Notes: generated by a model not told the origin, from the letters alone. DNA of 64,000 bases from Ktedonobacterales bacterium (GCA_035763125.1 DASUBU010000298.1:447-64446); one strand, 5' to 3'. Positions 28,801-38,045 are shown, numbered from the stretch's first letter. Translations and numbers: made by a program.

Positions 28801-30126
28801 TTGAAGGAGGCCGAGGAGCAGGCGCGCCAGACGGCGGTCGCGCGCGGCATCGCCACGCATCAGCTTGCGGCGGCGCGCCAGGCACGGCAGGCCAAGGCGA
28901 GCGATGAGGCTGGTGCCAGCGCGCATCTGCAGCGCCGCAACCAGGCGTTCGCCGCGCTGTTGAATGCGGTGGCCGATAGTCTTGATCTGCCCGACAATCA
29001 GGTGGACGATCCGGTGCGCTACGCGCGCGGGGTCACGCGGGGCCGCGATAGCCGCCAACGGCTGGATGATGACCTGCCGCGCGCCTTCAGCGCCGCGGAG
29101 CGTGAGCAGAACGGCTTCCTGGTGGTCGTAGCGGAGTATGCCGCGCTGGTGGGCAGCGACGAGCGCTTTGGACTGCGCCCGCCGGTCAAGCGCGAGCTGG
29201 CGCTGGCGCCGCAGGGCTGGCTCCTGGACGTGGCGCCGCGCATGGAGGGCACCAGCGACGTGCGCCTGCTGCTGAACTTCCTCGACGTGACCATTGAGCA
29301 GCTCCAGCAGACGCTGGCCGAGCGCGTGACGCGTGTCGTGCGCGACATCATTCTGGGAGAGGTGGTCAGCCATCTGGTCGAGCAGCTTACGCGGGCGCAG
29401 GCGATCATCGAGGGGCTCAACGAGCGCCTGGCGAATGCCCGCTTCTTCGCGCGCAACACGCGCTTCTCGCTGAAGCTCTCGGTGCGCTTGGCGCGGCTGC
29501 CCGATATTCCCTTCGACCATGTATCGGTGGCGACGGCCCTGCTGGAGCACGGCCGCGCGATGCCAGCGGCGGTGCAGGGGCAGCTCACGGCGATCTTCGC
29601 CGGTTGGCTGGACGAGCAGATGAAGGGCCAGGCGCAGCCCTCGGTGGAGGCGCTGGTGGATCAGCTTGACTATCGCCGCTGGGTGGATATCTCGCTGCTG
29701 CACTCCGACGATCTGGACCCGCGTGTGCGGCCCTGGGACAGCGCGGTCTCGGGCTTTGGCAGCGGCGGAGAGCAGCGCGTGCCGGTCTACGTGCTACTGC
29801 TGACGGCGGCGGCGATGCAATTTGCCGTCTCGAACGCGCCGTTGCGGCTGCTGATGCACGACGAGGCGTTCGCGCGTATGGACCAGCGCAACGCCGACCT
29901 GGTGATTCGGTTCGCGCAGCAGCTTGGGATGGGCCTGGTGATCGCCAGTCCCAACCTTGATCTCTTCGCCGAGGGCGTGAGCTACGCGACGGCCTACCGG
30001 CTGCGACAGCTCCCTAGCGGCTTGATTGCGCGCGAGGCGCTGCATCTGCGCTCGGCGGCGCTCGACGTCGCAGAGGATGCGGGTAGCTCGCCACTGTCCG
30101 CGCAGGGATTCGGCGGGCAGCGCTGA
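25882..30126 (+). CDS. SMC/MukB/JetC-like ABC ATPase (1414 aa)
   Basis: Walker A is IIGENGSGKSLILDAI. The C-terminus has the signature GFGSGGEQRV and Walker B LRLLMHDEAFARMD. Very long Ala/Glu/Arg/Gln-rich helical arms are interrupted by a central globular, hinge-like region. Confidence 0.85.
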   Translation: MSGRISIAHGNGNGAARASGPLGSSRNGRSPGRAWIRRIRLINWHGHENATLDVLGDMLAIIGENGSGKSLILDAIDWGLFPASGKQFNLAAREGGRTSKRTLSNTILFFDPHGVERPDKGWRRQRTVGYCAVEVEHEGEGRWVYGAAATCTPNSAHPFYYALPATLEQVAFLEVTPKGQAPLEMQAFRAANDTLINSGGAVFNASQAEDYNRLVARRLLNIEGADWQRRYDALYDVLHRMLGLRVDDALVADPSGVVREFLPVVDRPHLERLVEGLEGIQRIHRDIEEYAKLRATLAGVVEARKRYHEAVLQHGALSWLRAAWTHDDSLAQLAAADDQVREAESAARTAEAEEEAAYAEEHAARRELEALQQLHQGEVVQAVSRANETLTAAQHAQDRAARELRQAQERLQRSEAAVASARHSLNTEREAAVARLTALRQRAMDALGALPNTLSAAWAGLIAEPGDQNLGDALHAAWVEGDHELAGFEARAKRIEGAVAATASARQAERDARAQHEASARAVQTGRQALWARWDKMVQRWPAGIGEAPTNEPSTMVLSPLGQTCQQQADHARAEVREASARAAKGEVQIAELEARLAAIEQEIGQTQTEPLPALSPERERALARLQGVDRGCAPVYRHLDLAREGAAWGEAIEGLLEHLDVLTLLTLSVPVEHARAALGNEADWHVLAASPAGGRAQRGSLASVLVTGHPDLRRYLDGAFGSLMLAQDPPRGGDFLCPDGRYRLGDVTGTVRRAKRSEALIGVVRRQAAAAARRDELTRERADQLARLTDQRDVLRVERETMQQAEARARSLSELAHMLEELDQRRGELRTLREAEESATMRLSTARRTVEDATAEEEDERLRWAEATAAYPALADPAQLARARTALAQAVADTVSRAGETRGRMGQLHTRLRSAEDSHDAEGEAFGVARAQMEQADQDVQEAQRLLNQARSALHAAGLQNVEARITMLQRRLKEAEEQARQTAVARGIATHQLAAARQARQAKASDEAGASAHLQRRNQAFAALLNAVADSLDLPDNQVDDPVRYARGVTRGRDSRQRLDDDLPRAFSAAEREQNGFLVVVAEYAALVGSDERFGLRPPVKRELALAPQGWLLDVAPRMEGTSDVRLLLNFLDVTIEQLQQTLAERVTRVVRDIILGEVVSHLVEQLTRAQAIIEGLNERLANARFFARNTRFSLKLSVRLARLPDIPFDHVSVATALLEHGRAMPAAVQGQLTAIFAGWLDEQMKGQAQPSVEALVDQLDYRRWVDISLLHSDDLDPRVRPWDSAVSGFGSGGEQRVPVYVLLLTAAAMQFAVSNAPLRLLMHDEAFARMDQRNADLVIRFAQQLGMGLVIASPNLDLFAEGVSYATAYRLRQLPSGLIAREALHLRSAALDVAEDAGSSPLSAQGFGGQR

Positions 30127-30340
30127 GCCGCGCGATGACCATCCAGAGCAGCCCATGCCAATCGTGCCGTCCGATTCTGGCAACCGCGATAGCGGGCACG
30201 TGTGCGTCCAAAAGGGCATGGGCGGCACAGCGTGTGCGAGGCCGAGGTGACGAGGTCTACGGGCCCGTGCTCAGATGCCGCGCGGCAAGGAGACGTACCG
30301 GCGCAGCGGAGGACTGGCCCGCTGAGAGGAAGGATGCCGC

Positions 30341-31018
30341 ATGCAGCGACGCAATAGCGCCTTGGCCGCTTATTCTCCCAGTCAGATACCAGAGCCGCCG
30401 CTCGCGCGCTTCCTGTTTGCCGATAGGCGCATGGCGATCGTGTGGCTGATCGTGCGTGTCTACGTCGGGTATCAGTGGCTCATAGCCGGTTTGGAGAAGC
30501 TCACCGGCGTTGATTATGATTTCACGAGCAGTGCCTTCGGCAAGCCGGTAATCGGCGGCGCATGGGTGTTCGGTCCCAAAACGGGAGCGGCCATCACGGG
30601 CTTCGCGACGAGCGCACTCAAGCAAGCGGGTGGGGCACATCCCGCTGTGCAGGACTGGTATGCCAGCTTTCTCAGGAATCTCGTCCTTCCCAACGCCTCG
30701 GTTTGGGCCTACGTCATCACATTCGGTGAGGTGCTGGTTGGTGCCGGCCTGATTCTCGGCGCCCTTACCGGCATCGCCGCCTTCTTCGGAGTGGTCATGA
30801 ATTTGAACTACCTGCTGGCGGGGACGGTCAGCACCAATCCCATCCTGGGCGTTCTGAGCATCCTGATCGTCCTCGCCTGGCGCATTGCCGGTTACTACGG
30901 CCTGGACCGCTGGCTGCTCCCGCTGCTCGGCACGCCGTGGACGGGCTCGCTGCGCAACGTGGCCACCGGCGAGCCACCGCCGCCCAAAGAAACGCCGCAC
31001 GGCATGGCGCCCGCCTAG
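30341..31018 (+). CDS. DoxX/DoxD-like integral membrane protein
   Basis: GAGGAAGGA precedes the ATG. Motifs are VYVGYQWLIAGLEKL and ITFGEVLVGAGLILG, with about 4 TM. Confidence 0.7.
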   Translation: MQRRNSALAAYSPSQIPEPPLARFLFADRRMAIVWLIVRVYVGYQWLIAGLEKLTGVDYDFTSSAFGKPVIGGAWVFGPKTGAAITGFATSALKQAGGAHPAVQDWYASFLRNLVLPNASVWAYVITFGEVLVGAGLILGALTGIAAFFGVVMNLNYLLAGTVSTNPILGVLSILIVLAWRIAGYYGLDRWLLPLLGTPWTGSLRNVATGEPPPPKETPHGMAPA

Positions 31019-31622
31019 CGAACAGAAGTAGAGATCCCGGCGCATACATGGGCCGATACCACCTGGCGCCTGGTGAAGGCAGCTGGTTCACGCCGCAATC
31101 AGAGGCACCTCGCATTAGCCTCACATTATGTAACGTAGATCCGTACTCCGCGTTGACACTTCTGTGATGCCGCGAGTCCAGTGTGTGACGTTCGCGTAGC
31201 CCCGCGCGGATATCCTCTCAACGGGTGTGAGCCCACTGCCTGCGACTCGCACCTACGCACGCGTCCATCGCTTACTCTGAGAGCGATCTCACGAGTAAGC
31301 GTACTGAATATCAAGGATGGATACGGCGTCCACTCGGGCACAGGCCTGCACGCCGCCTGGGACACGATGGAGCCGCTCGTCCCCCAACGCGTCGCACCAC
31401 AAAGGCAAGACGCCTTCGGGACTGTTCTGCTCCGCCCCGTCGCCCCTGGAAGCGTAGCGCAGGCACTGCTCCTCGACGTCAACCATACAAGGGCCATGCT
31501 CGTAGGCAGTATGCCATGGGATGTTAGGTAGTCGTGGTGTTGCTCTTGCAGAGACGACATAATGCCAACATCCGTAAGCGAGCTGACGTGTAATCTGACT
31601 GTAGCTCGTGGGGGAGGAAACC

Positions 31623-32828
31623 ATGCGCGACCAGCCTGGCACTGATGTGGACGGCGACGGTCGGATGCAGCACTACGGACTCTATGGGCGGGATCAGCGA
31701 ATCGTCACTATCGGGGGCGGTACGGGGCCGTTCGCCTTGCTCTCGAGCCTGAAACAGTTTCCGTGCTCGATCACAGCCGTCGTGTCAATGTCCGATAGCG
31801 GCGGCAGCTCGGGCCGATTGATGGACGAATTCGGGCAGCTACCGTTTGGAGACCTGCGTCAGGCGCTGGTTGCGCTCTCTCGCAAGGCCTCGCTGTGGCG
31901 CGATATGTTTGCCTTCCGTTTCCCGCCGGGCCATGGCTACGGCGGTCTCCGCGACACGCTCGCCAGCCGGCGCGATATCTTGGCTGGCGAGGGGGAGAGT
32001 GCATCCGATCCACAGCAGGAGCACGCTGCCAGGCGCCGGGAGGTGAGCGGGCACAACCTGGGCAACCTCATCCTCTCCGCGCTCGAGAACCTGAATGATG
32101 GTGATCTGCTCGACGCGCTGGACGACGCGCAGGCATTGCTGGAGACCGCAGGCAAGGTGCTACCCGTCACGCTCGAACGCGCCACCCTCCGCGCGCAGCT
32201 TACGAATGGCGAGGTGTTGTGCGGTGAATCCATCATTGACACGCGCGGGCAGCACGATGACCGTCCGCTTCCCGCCATTCAGCGGCTTTCGCTGCAAGAG
32301 GATGTTGCCGCATGCGAGCAGGCGTTGCACGCTATCCGGCGCGCTGATGTGATCGTCATTGGCCCAGGAGACCTCTACACAAGCATTCTGCCCAATCTGC
32401 TCGTGCGGGGCGTGGCCGAGGCCATTCGCGAGTCCGAGGCGGAGACGGTCTACGTCGGTAACCTCATGACCAAGCGCGGCGAGACAGACGGCTTTCGCGC
32501 CTCCGACTTCGTGCGCGAGGTCCACCGTTACCTGGGTGGTCCAGTTGATCGTGTCATCTTGCACGACGGCACCTTTCCGTCCCACCTGCGCGAGCATTAT
32601 GCCGCTCAGCAGCAATATCCCGTTGAAGCTGACGTAGAGGCGGTCCGCGATCTCGTCTCCGAGGTCATCGTCGGTAGGTTCCTGAAGCTTCAAGGCGGCT
32701 ATCTCATCAGGCACGACGCCGGCTGTCTGACGCGAGCAATCTTTGCGCCCGCTGAGCGCGAGCCCGACGATCTCGGCATCTCTATGGCATTGGGGCCGAA
32801 TCTGGTGCCAGAGACGGCCACTGGATGA
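31623..32828 (+). CDS. YvcK/CofD-family (UPF0052) protein
   Basis: Motifs are VTIGGGTGPFALLSSLK, VVSMSDSGGSSGRL and GHNLGNLILSAL. ATG 31623 follows GGAGGAAACC. Compared with typical members it has an insertion of roughly 35 aa. Confidence 0.8.
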   Translation: MRDQPGTDVDGDGRMQHYGLYGRDQRIVTIGGGTGPFALLSSLKQFPCSITAVVSMSDSGGSSGRLMDEFGQLPFGDLRQALVALSRKASLWRDMFAFRFPPGHGYGGLRDTLASRRDILAGEGESASDPQQEHAARRREVSGHNLGNLILSALENLNDGDLLDALDDAQALLETAGKVLPVTLERATLRAQLTNGEVLCGESIIDTRGQHDDRPLPAIQRLSLQEDVAACEQALHAIRRADVIVIGPGDLYTSILPNLLVRGVAEAIRESEAETVYVGNLMTKRGETDGFRASDFVREVHRYLGGPVDRVILHDGTFPSHLREHYAAQQQYPVEADVEAVRDLVSEVIVGRFLKLQGGYLIRHDAGCLTRAIFAPAEREPDDLGISMALGPNLVPETATG

Positions 32829-32913
32829 GAGGTCAGCAATCTGAGGCTGCACTCCCGGCAGCCTGTCTACGAGCAAAATCGAGAGAGCAATATTTAGAAG
32901 CGAGAAGGAACTG

Positions 32914-35301
32914 ATGGCAACCCAAGCGACCAATCCAAAGTCGCCGCGCGGCCCCGAGACACGCGCCGTCCCTATTCCTCCGCGTGCTGTCTTCTTCGAC
33001 CCGACTGGCCGCCGCTGGCGCTTGATCAGGGCTGGCGCGCTCATCCTGCTGATGCTGGTCGTCATGGTCGTCGTCGCGTCCTGGGAGCCAGTTCAGCAGG
33101 CGCCCACCCTCGGCGTGAACGGGCAAGAGCTGCCGCAGACGTACTCGGTGCCACCAGAAGGGCTGCAACGCCTGCCCATTATCGGCGTCGGTCCGCTCGT
33201 GCGCATCGTGCAGCTTGCGCACGAGCAGAATCAGGTTGTCGCGATTGACCCACTTACCAACGAGAACCTGGGTCCACTCTCGCAGGATGACGCGGATACG
33301 GCTGGTGACCACGAATTCGGGTTGCAGCGATATGGCTACAGCGGCGTCGCACACAAGACTATCGAGCTCACCTTCGACGACGGGCCCGATCCGACCTGGA
33401 CGCCCAAAATCCTCGACGTACTGAGCAGATATCATGTCCAGGCGACGTTCTTTGTCGTCGGATCCGAGGTTGCCAAGTACCCATCAATTGCCCAGCGCGA
33501 GGTGCAGGAAGGCCATGCGATAGGCAACCATACGCTGACCCACCCGATCCTGGGCCCGAGTGAGGTCGAGCAGCAGTTTGGGCTCACCGACCGCATCATT
33601 CGCGCGGCGACCGGCGTCCAGACGACCCTCGCGCGGCTGCCCTACGATGGCACGACTGGGTCGCGGCACCTCGATAGCGAATTCAGCCAGGTCATCATCA
33701 ACGCGGAGCGCATGAGATACATCCTCTCGCTCGACGAGTTCGACACCAACGATTGGATGTATGGCAATGCGGCCACACGCCCCAAGGCGCCGATGCCGCT
33801 GCCGCCGACCACGACGGACAATATCACGGTCCTGCTCCACGATGGTGGCGGCAACCGCGCCGAGACTATCGCTTATCTGGAGCGTCTCATCCCATGGGCC
33901 CGCGCACAGGGCTACACGTTCCAGTCGCTGGTCCAGGTCAGTCCACAGGTCAAGGCCGGCACCACGCACGGCGCGCCGAGCATCTGGGATCGCGAGGTGT
34001 TCTGGGGTGCTCAGGCTATCTGGTCATGGCCCACCAAGCTGATCGAGCTGCTCTTCTGGCTGGCGATCATCTCGGTCGTGTTCAGTGGCGGCGTCAATGT
34101 GGCGCTTGCGGTCGGCCGCCGGATCCGCCGCAGGCGGAGGTTTGCTGGCCTGCCAGAGGATTTCACCGGCCCTGAGGTGTCTGTGGCGATTGCCGCGTTC
34201 AACGAAGAAAAGGTCATCGGCCGGACTGTGGAGGCGGTTTGTCGCTCGCGCTATGCCAATCTCAAAGAAGTGATCGTCGTTGATGACGGCTCATCCGACC
34301 GCACCGCGGAGGTGGTCGCCGCGGCGGCCGCTGCGGATCCACGGATTCGGCTGCTGCGGCAGGTGAACGCGGGCAAAGCGGCGGCCCTCAACCGTGCGTT
34401 TGCTCAGGCGCGGTCGCCAATCGTCGTGACTCTCGACGCCGACACACTGTTCACTCCTGATACTGTCAGCAATCTGGTCCGGCACTTCGCGCTCGATACA
34501 TGGTGGCGGCTGGGTGCGGTGGCTGGCATCGTCAAGGTCGGGAACCTGCGCAACCTGTTGACTCGCTATCAGGCGCTGGAGTATCTGACCCAGATCGGCG
34601 TGGACCGTGGAGCGCAGGACGCGCTGCGGGGGATCATGGTCGTGCCTGGTGCCTGCGCGGCTTGGCGGCGAACTGCCGTGCGACGAGTGGGCGGGTACTC
34701 TATGACGACGCTGGCCGAGGACTGTGATCTCGCCCTGGCGCTGCAGCAAGCGGGCTATATGGTGACGCAGGATGACGAGGCGGTGTGCTACACCGAGGCC
34801 CCCGAGACCGTGTCCGCGCTCGTGCGGCAGCGCTTCCGCTGGATGTACGGAATCCTGCAGTCGTTGTGGAAGCATCGCCGCATGATCTTCAATCCCCGCT
34901 ACCGCTGGCTGGGCATGCTGACCCTGCCATTCGCGGTGATCTCGGTGCTGATGCCGCTGATCTTCTTGCCGTTCGTGTACGTCATGGCCGTCGTGCTCTT
35001 CCAGGGTCAAGGGCTGGGGCTACTATTGGCCTATGCCGCGGTCTTCCTGCTGGCGCAACTGCTCACTGCCATCGCCGGTCTATGGCTGACGCGTGAGCGG
35101 CCGGTCCATCTGCTGATGGTGCCGCTCTACCGGCTCATCTACGAGCCGCTGCGTGCCTACATCCTGTATAAATCGGCACTGACGGTGCTGCGGGGCACGC
35201 GGTCGAGCTGGAACAAGCTGCAACGCCTGGGCACGGTCACCACGCCGTCATTCGAGCGAGCGAGCACTCGTCTGCGAGGTCGAGTACGAGGCGTGGCATG
35301 A
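32914..35301 (+). CDS. Bifunctional polysaccharide deacetylase (NodB) and processive family-2 glycosyltransferase
   Basis: The NodB part reads TFDDGPDPTWTPKILDVL..ATFFVVG..GNHTLTHP. The GT2 part reads VSVAIAAFNEE..VVDDGSSD..DAD..QRFRW, followed by several C-terminal TM helices. Confidence 0.85.
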   Translation: MATQATNPKSPRGPETRAVPIPPRAVFFDPTGRRWRLIRAGALILLMLVVMVVVASWEPVQQAPTLGVNGQELPQTYSVPPEGLQRLPIIGVGPLVRIVQLAHEQNQVVAIDPLTNENLGPLSQDDADTAGDHEFGLQRYGYSGVAHKTIELTFDDGPDPTWTPKILDVLSRYHVQATFFVVGSEVAKYPSIAQREVQEGHAIGNHTLTHPILGPSEVEQQFGLTDRIIRAATGVQTTLARLPYDGTTGSRHLDSEFSQVIINAERMRYILSLDEFDTNDWMYGNAATRPKAPMPLPPTTTDNITVLLHDGGGNRAETIAYLERLIPWARAQGYTFQSLVQVSPQVKAGTTHGAPSIWDREVFWGAQAIWSWPTKLIELLFWLAIISVVFSGGVNVALAVGRRIRRRRRFAGLPEDFTGPEVSVAIAAFNEEKVIGRTVEAVCRSRYANLKEVIVVDDGSSDRTAEVVAAAAAADPRIRLLRQVNAGKAAALNRAFAQARSPIVVTLDADTLFTPDTVSNLVRHFALDTWWRLGAVAGIVKVGNLRNLLTRYQALEYLTQIGVDRGAQDALRGIMVVPGACAAWRRTAVRRVGGYSMTTLAEDCDLALALQQAGYMVTQDDEAVCYTEAPETVSALVRQRFRWMYGILQSLWKHRRMIFNPRYRWLGMLTLPFAVISVLMPLIFLPFVYVMAVVLFQGQGLGLLLAYAAVFLLAQLLTAIAGLWLTRERPVHLLMVPLYRLIYEPLRAYILYKSALTVLRGTRSSWNKLQRLGTVTTPSFERASTRLRGRVRGVA

Positions 35302-36368
35302 GCAGAAGACGGACGGCGTCTATCCTCGCGGGGGTGCTGGCAATCGTCTCCCTATTAGGCGGGTGCGCGTCCTTGCTGGGCGGGCAGTCTGCCACGCAGG
35401 TCAGTCCGTACAGCCTGCGGATCGTCGCGGGATATGTGGTGCCGGAGGACGACCGCGGCATCGCCGCCATCGGCCAAAGTACCCTCACCGAGGTGAGTCC
35501 GGTATGGTACCAACCGACCGAGAGTGGCCAGCTTGTATTCGCCTCGCCAGAGGCCCAGCAATCGCAATCCGAGCTAGCGGCACAGACGTCAGCGCGCCGC
35601 GTTGCGGTCGTGCCGGCGATCTCAAACTATGTCGGGGGCAAGTGGGATGGCGACCTGATTCATCGGCTCATCACTGATCCGCGGCTGCGGTCCGCGCACG
35701 TGGCCGCGATTGTGGATCTCGCGCGGTCGGGCCAGTGGGCCGGCGTGGATCTCGATTACGAATCCCTCAGGGCCGCGGATCGTGACGCATATAGCGCGTT
35801 CGTCCGCGATGTTGCCACCGCATTGCATCGGGCACAGAAGAAGCTGACGCTCACCGTGCATGCGAAGACCGCCGAGCCGGGGGACTGGAGTGGTGCGCAG
35901 GCCCAGGACTGGCAGGCGCTGGGCACCTCCGCCGACGAGGTCAGGGTGATGGCATACGACTACTCCACGAATAGCACGCCACCAGGGCCGATCGCTCCGG
36001 TGGCGTGGGTCGAAAGCGTGCTCAATCTGGCCGTCGCCGAGGTGCCGCGCGACAAGATTGTGCTCGGGCTGGGCACGTACGGCTACGACTGGGTGGATGG
36101 CGAGCAGGGCCAAGACCTCCAATGGGCCGACGCGGAAGCGCTGGCACAGGAGAATGGCGTGGACGTGAAGTGGGACGCCGTGAGCAAGTCGCCGTGGTTC
36201 GAATACACCGACGACCAAGACCGCTCGCACACGGTGTGGTACGAGAATGCCCGCAGCCTGAAGGCCCGGCTCGACCTGGCTGCCCGCTACCACGTCGCGG
36301 GCGTCGCTCTCTGGCGACTGGGCGGCGAGGATCCAGCGATCTGGGGGCTGATGCGCGGGGCGCCTTAG
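35298..36368 (+). CDS. GH18-family glycosyl hydrolase-like lipoprotein
   Basis: The lipobox is LLGGCAS. The catalytic motif is WAGVDLDYE (DxDxE). An ATGA overlap joins it to the upstream synthase. Confidence 0.8.
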   Translation: MSRRRTASILAGVLAIVSLLGGCASLLGGQSATQVSPYSLRIVAGYVVPEDDRGIAAIGQSTLTEVSPVWYQPTESGQLVFASPEAQQSQSELAAQTSARRVAVVPAISNYVGGKWDGDLIHRLITDPRLRSAHVAAIVDLARSGQWAGVDLDYESLRAADRDAYSAFVRDVATALHRAQKKLTLTVHAKTAEPGDWSGAQAQDWQALGTSADEVRVMAYDYSTNSTPPGPIAPVAWVESVLNLAVAEVPRDKIVLGLGTYGYDWVDGEQGQDLQWADAEALAQENGVDVKWDAVSKSPWFEYTDDQDRSHTVWYENARSLKARLDLAARYHVAGVALWRLGGEDPAIWGLMRGAP

Positions 36369-36562
36369 GGTGGGGATCTCGCAGGGTTTCGCTGGGGCGG
36401 GAAAGCGCCGGAATGGCGCACGGCGCACGGGCATACGATATCAAGCTGGCGAGGGCGCTGGGTGCGAAGTCTGGCAGGGGTAGCAGGAGTGTGCCCAGGG
36501 TCTTGCGAGCGCCGAGGCCGTGTGGTATCATTGTCATTGCTCCGAAGGGAGCATCCACGTTT

Positions 36563-36635
<73 letters not shown>

Positions 36636-36967
36636 CCGACTGCATGTGGGATCCAGATCGCGTCTGGATCCCTTTCTTGTTGCTTGCGGTCGGCGCTCAG
36701 CAGCGCCTGCGTCTCGCCCACGGCCGCGCGTCGCTACACCTACAAGGCTGCCAGTCACGGCGGCAGCCATCCTCACGCCTCCCAGGCGACCCCCACAGTG
36801 GCAAAGGTTCGCTCTTCACGGGATGAGTTCACCAAAGGGCCACGGCTAGGGCGTGGCGCGCTCGAAGTAGTGTACCGCCGAGCTGCGTAGACCACCATCC
36901 TGGAGACCAAAGGGGCATTGTCCTCGCGCCGAAGAGATCCCGACGGTCACGCGCAGGGCGCATGGGT

Positions 36968-37849
36968 TCACGCAGATTCATGCGGTGTAATACTGCTCCC
37001 CTCAGCCCCAGTCGGGGTGCGCCCTGCCAGAATGGTGCGAGCGACGAGGCCGGGGTCATCGTAGGTGGGGACGTGGCCGCAGCCAGGCAACGTGAGCCAG
37101 CGGGTCTGTGGCGGCAGCTCATCGCGGACGCGCGCCACACCCGGCAGCAGCATGCGGTCACGAGCGCCCCAGGCGACTGTGATCGGCACCTGAATCTGGC
37201 GCCCGCTCGAGAAGCGTTCGCGGCGGGTAGCACGGAAGGTCAGGTCGAAGCCAGGCGCCCGCACGAAGGTCTGTACGACCTCCAGCGCTGCGCTCGGCGG
37301 GAGATTCCACGGGCGACCGAAAAGATGAGCCATGATCAGCGTCCGGCCAACAGGCGAGGCCAGCAGGACGGGTGCGGCGGGGAGCAGCGTCCGCGCCAGC
37401 CAGCGCGTCACCCGGAACATTAGGACGTCATAGAGTGGCGTGTGGCGGCGCCAGAGCCCGGCCGGTGAGAGACACATCACGGAGCGCGTCCGCCCCAGCT
37501 TCGCTAGCTCCAGCGCGGTCCACCCGCCCAGCGAATTGCCCACCAGATGTGCCGTCTCGATGTCCAGCTCGTCCATGAAGTCCGCCAGCACCCGCGCGAA
37601 GCCCGCGGCATCTGGGGGCGTGCCGTCATCCAGCAGGGGAGATCCGCCATGCCCAGGCAGGTCCACGGCAATCACCTCGTGATAGGGCGCCAGCCAGGGC
37701 AGCACGGGATCCCAGACACGCAGCCCGCTGCCGATGCCGTGCAGCAGCAGCAGCGGCTCACCGTGCCCGCTCCGCTCGTAGTGAAGTGCTCCTCTGGCGC
37801 TCGTCTGCGACTGCTTCCAACGCTGCACGGTGTTCTGTTTCGTAAGCAC
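36968..37849 (-). CDS. Alpha/beta hydrolase
   Basis: The oxyanion region is LLLLHGIGSG and the nucleophile elbow is VGNSLGG. GTG 37849 follows GAAGG. The longest ORF, reaching 38134, is Arg/Ser/Pro-rich and implausible. Confidence 0.8.
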   Translation of the reverse strand: MLTKQNTVQRWKQSQTSARGALHYERSGHGEPLLLLHGIGSGLRVWDPVLPWLAPYHEVIAVDLPGHGGSPLLDDGTPPDAAGFARVLADFMDELDIETAHLVGNSLGGWTALELAKLGRTRSVMCLSPAGLWRRHTPLYDVLMFRVTRWLARTLLPAAPVLLASPVGRTLIMAHLFGRPWNLPPSAALEVVQTFVRAPGFDLTFRATRRERFSSGRQIQVPITVAWGARDRMLLPGVARVRDELPPQTRWLTLPGCGHVPTYDDPGLVARTILAGRTPTGAEGSSITPHESA

Positions 37850-38045
37850 GTGTAACCTTCTTGGGACGGTGTCCCTGTACTCTGAGCTGGTGCTTCTCGG
37901 CCTTTCCGATCGGCATGAGCGTCCCCGCGATCCGCTGGACTCCTCGACAGCGGCCTGTCGAGCGCGGTCATTTCTTGGCGGCGCAAGGCAGCGTGGCTGC
38001 ACAGATGAGATCGCCAGCGGATCGCGAGGGGCTGATGCGACGCCG

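Noticed and set aside
26089-29703. Several long minus-strand ORFs (26089..27066, 26540..27715, 27091..28236, 28318..29703) inside the SMC-like gene
   Set aside because: They have Arg/Ala/Pro/Gly-rich, low-complexity translations typical of antisense frames in high-GC DNA. The plus-strand frame carries the Walker A, signature and Walker B motifs.
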